Shown: positions 45,493 through 46,909 of the stretch, one piece after another
Numbering within the stretch: the first letter of the stretch is position 1
How the letters are laid out: each line of letters begins with the position of its first letter
Origin: Acidobacteriota bacterium
Lineage (GTDB): Bacteria; Acidobacteriota; Thermoanaerobaculia; Multivoradales; JAHEKO01
Reading direction: 5' to 3'
NCBI GenBank assembly: GCA_030597375.1
Contig: JAUVRX010000003.1
Span: 1-46,909, forward strand
Length of the DNA stretch: 46,909 nucleotides
Translations under genes and position numbers: made by a program
The notes under the pieces: model-generated
The model's database searches: none
What the model was told of the DNA's origin: nothing
What the model saw: only the letters and a program-made list of their open reading frames with translations

Positions 45493-46909
45493 GATCGCCC
45501 CCCGGCGAAGCCGTCGTATCGCACCCTTGCGCGCTCGCTCAGACGCCTCATGAATGGGTCTCCCCTCGCCTCGGTGGACTCGGCCAGGAGCTCATTCGCA
45601 TCGATTCGTGACTTCTCCAGCCATTCCCGGTCCGCCACGATGTTCGCCACCCTGAAGAGTGGCTCGCCGGCTTGACGCGTTCCCAGCAGATCGCCTGGAC
45701 CGCGGATCTCGAGATCTTTTTCGGCAATTCGAAAGCCGTCGGTAGTGGCCCCGAAGACTTCGAGTCGCTGCCTTGCCTGCTCCGTGAGTCGGCCGTGAAG
45801 AGCTACGCAGAATGACCGTTCGGCTCCCCGTCCAACCCGACCTCGGAGCTGGTGGAGTTGGGCCAGACCGAAGCGTTCCGCACTATCGATAATCATGATC
45901 GTAGCTCGAGGCACATCCACACCGACCTCGATGATCGAGGTCGCTATCAAGACCCTGATCTCGCCAGCTCCGAACGACTCCATGATCCTCTCACGTTCCT
46001 CGGCGTCGACCCTGCCATGGAGGACCTCGGATGGCCAGTCGGCGAGGTAGCTTCGCACGGCCTCTCCCTGACCGCAGATGGATGTGCCCATGATTTGCGG
46101 ATTTTCATCGATCATCGGGAATACCAGATAGGCTTGTCCACCCTCCTCGAGACGCTTCACGAGCCAACGATAGACGCGGTCTCGGCGAGCCTGCGAAACA
46201 ACCTTGGTAACCACTTCCCGACGTCCCGGCGGCAGCTCGTCGATGACCGAGAGAGAAAGATCGCCATAGGCCGTCAGAGCCAAAGAGCGGGGAATGGGTG
46301 TCGCCGTCATCACCAGCATGTCGGCTCGTTGCCCCTTGCTCTGCAGCGTCTGGCGCTGGGCCACCCCAAACCTGTGCTGCTCATCGACCACCACCAGACC
46401 GAGCCGGTCGAAGGCAACACCTTCCTGAATCAGGGCATGGGTACCGACCGCCAATTGAATTCTTCCAGCCGCCAGAGCGCTGCGGACCTCCTCGGATCGA
46501 CCATCTGAGCCCGTCACCAGAGCCAACCTGAAGCGAGGCCCGAGGAGGCGGTTCAAGGTCCTGAAGTGCTGCGCCGCCAGGAGCTCGGTCGGAGCCATGA
46601 AGGCTCCCTGCAGGCCGTTCTCCATGGCCGCGACCAGTGCCAAGGCCGCGACGATCGTCTGGCCGCTGCCGACGTCGCCCTGTAAGAGACGAAGCATGGG
46701 ATAGGGACTCTCCAGGTCGCCCACGATCTCCTCGACGACGCGTTGCTGAGCTGCGGTAAGCCGGAAGGGTAGAACCGCCTGCATCAGCTGCCGAAGGGAC
46801 TGCCCGATCCTATAGGTGTGACCCTTCTGATCGCGGGTCTCGTAGTCTCGCAACAGGCCGAGCTCGATCTGAAGCTCCAGAAACTCCCCGTAGATCAACC
46901 TCTGGTGAG
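45489..46909 (-). CDS. recG: ATP-dependent DNA helicase RecG, C-terminal part (starts outside the window)
   Basis: RLLQGDVGSG, VGTHAL, DEQHRFGV, MTATPIPR, IEVGVDV, QLHQLRGRVGRG, DLEIRGPG. Confidence 0.97.
   Translation of the reverse strand, partial: HQRLIYGEFLELQIELGLLRDYETRDQKGHTYRIGQSLRQLMQAVLPFRLTAAQQRVVEEIVGDLESPYPMLRLLQGDVGSGQTIVAALALVAAMENGLQGAFMAPTELLAAQHFRTLNRLLGPRFRLALVTGSDGRSEEVRSALAAGRIQLAVGTHALIQEGVAFDRLGLVVVDEQHRFGVAQRQTLQSKGQRADMLVMTATPIPRSLALTAYGDLSLSVIDELPPGRREVVTKVVSQARRDRVYRWLVKRLEEGGQAYLVFPMIDENPQIMGTSICGQGEAVRSYLADWPSEVLHGRVDAEERERIMESFGAGEIRVLIATSIIEVGVDVPRATIMIIDSAERFGLAQLHQLRGRVGRGAERSFCVALHGRLTEQARQRLEVFGATTDGFRIAEKDLEIRGPGDLLGTRQAGEPLFRVANIVADREWLEKSRIDANELLAESTEARGDPFMRRLSERARVRYDGFAGGRS

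Overview
This is a GC-rich (about 60-65%), gene-dense stretch of core bacterial chromosome. Gene content and order (LPS genes lpxB/msbA, RomR-like regulator, rimP-nusA-infB-DUF503-rbfA-nrnA-truB-rpsO-pnp, trpS-scpAB-rluB-cmk, rpsA-HU-HIT) suggest a diderm such as an Acidobacteriota member; this is inference only. It holds about 47 CDS, almost all housekeeping, and is truncated at valS (left) and recG (right). I found no tRNA, rRNA, CRISPR array, IS, prophage or defence island. The most interesting signals are: (1) a RomR-like polarity regulator next to valS; (2) a Val-codon-rich short ORF coupled to valS; (3) a near-consensus sigma54 promoter for a degP-NtrC-family-pyrE unit; (4) a GT4 gene with no canonical start, in frame behind a single TAG of a GT2 gene; (5) ribosomal protein S1 with a ~220-aa acidic tail containing a recent 198-bp duplication, and a three-hairpin leader; (6) a structured ~200-nt leader before a Leu/Val dehydrogenase; (7) unknown small membrane proteins before lpxB-msbA. 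Several 'inactivating' substitutions share one T>G/A>C direction and may be sequencing artefacts.
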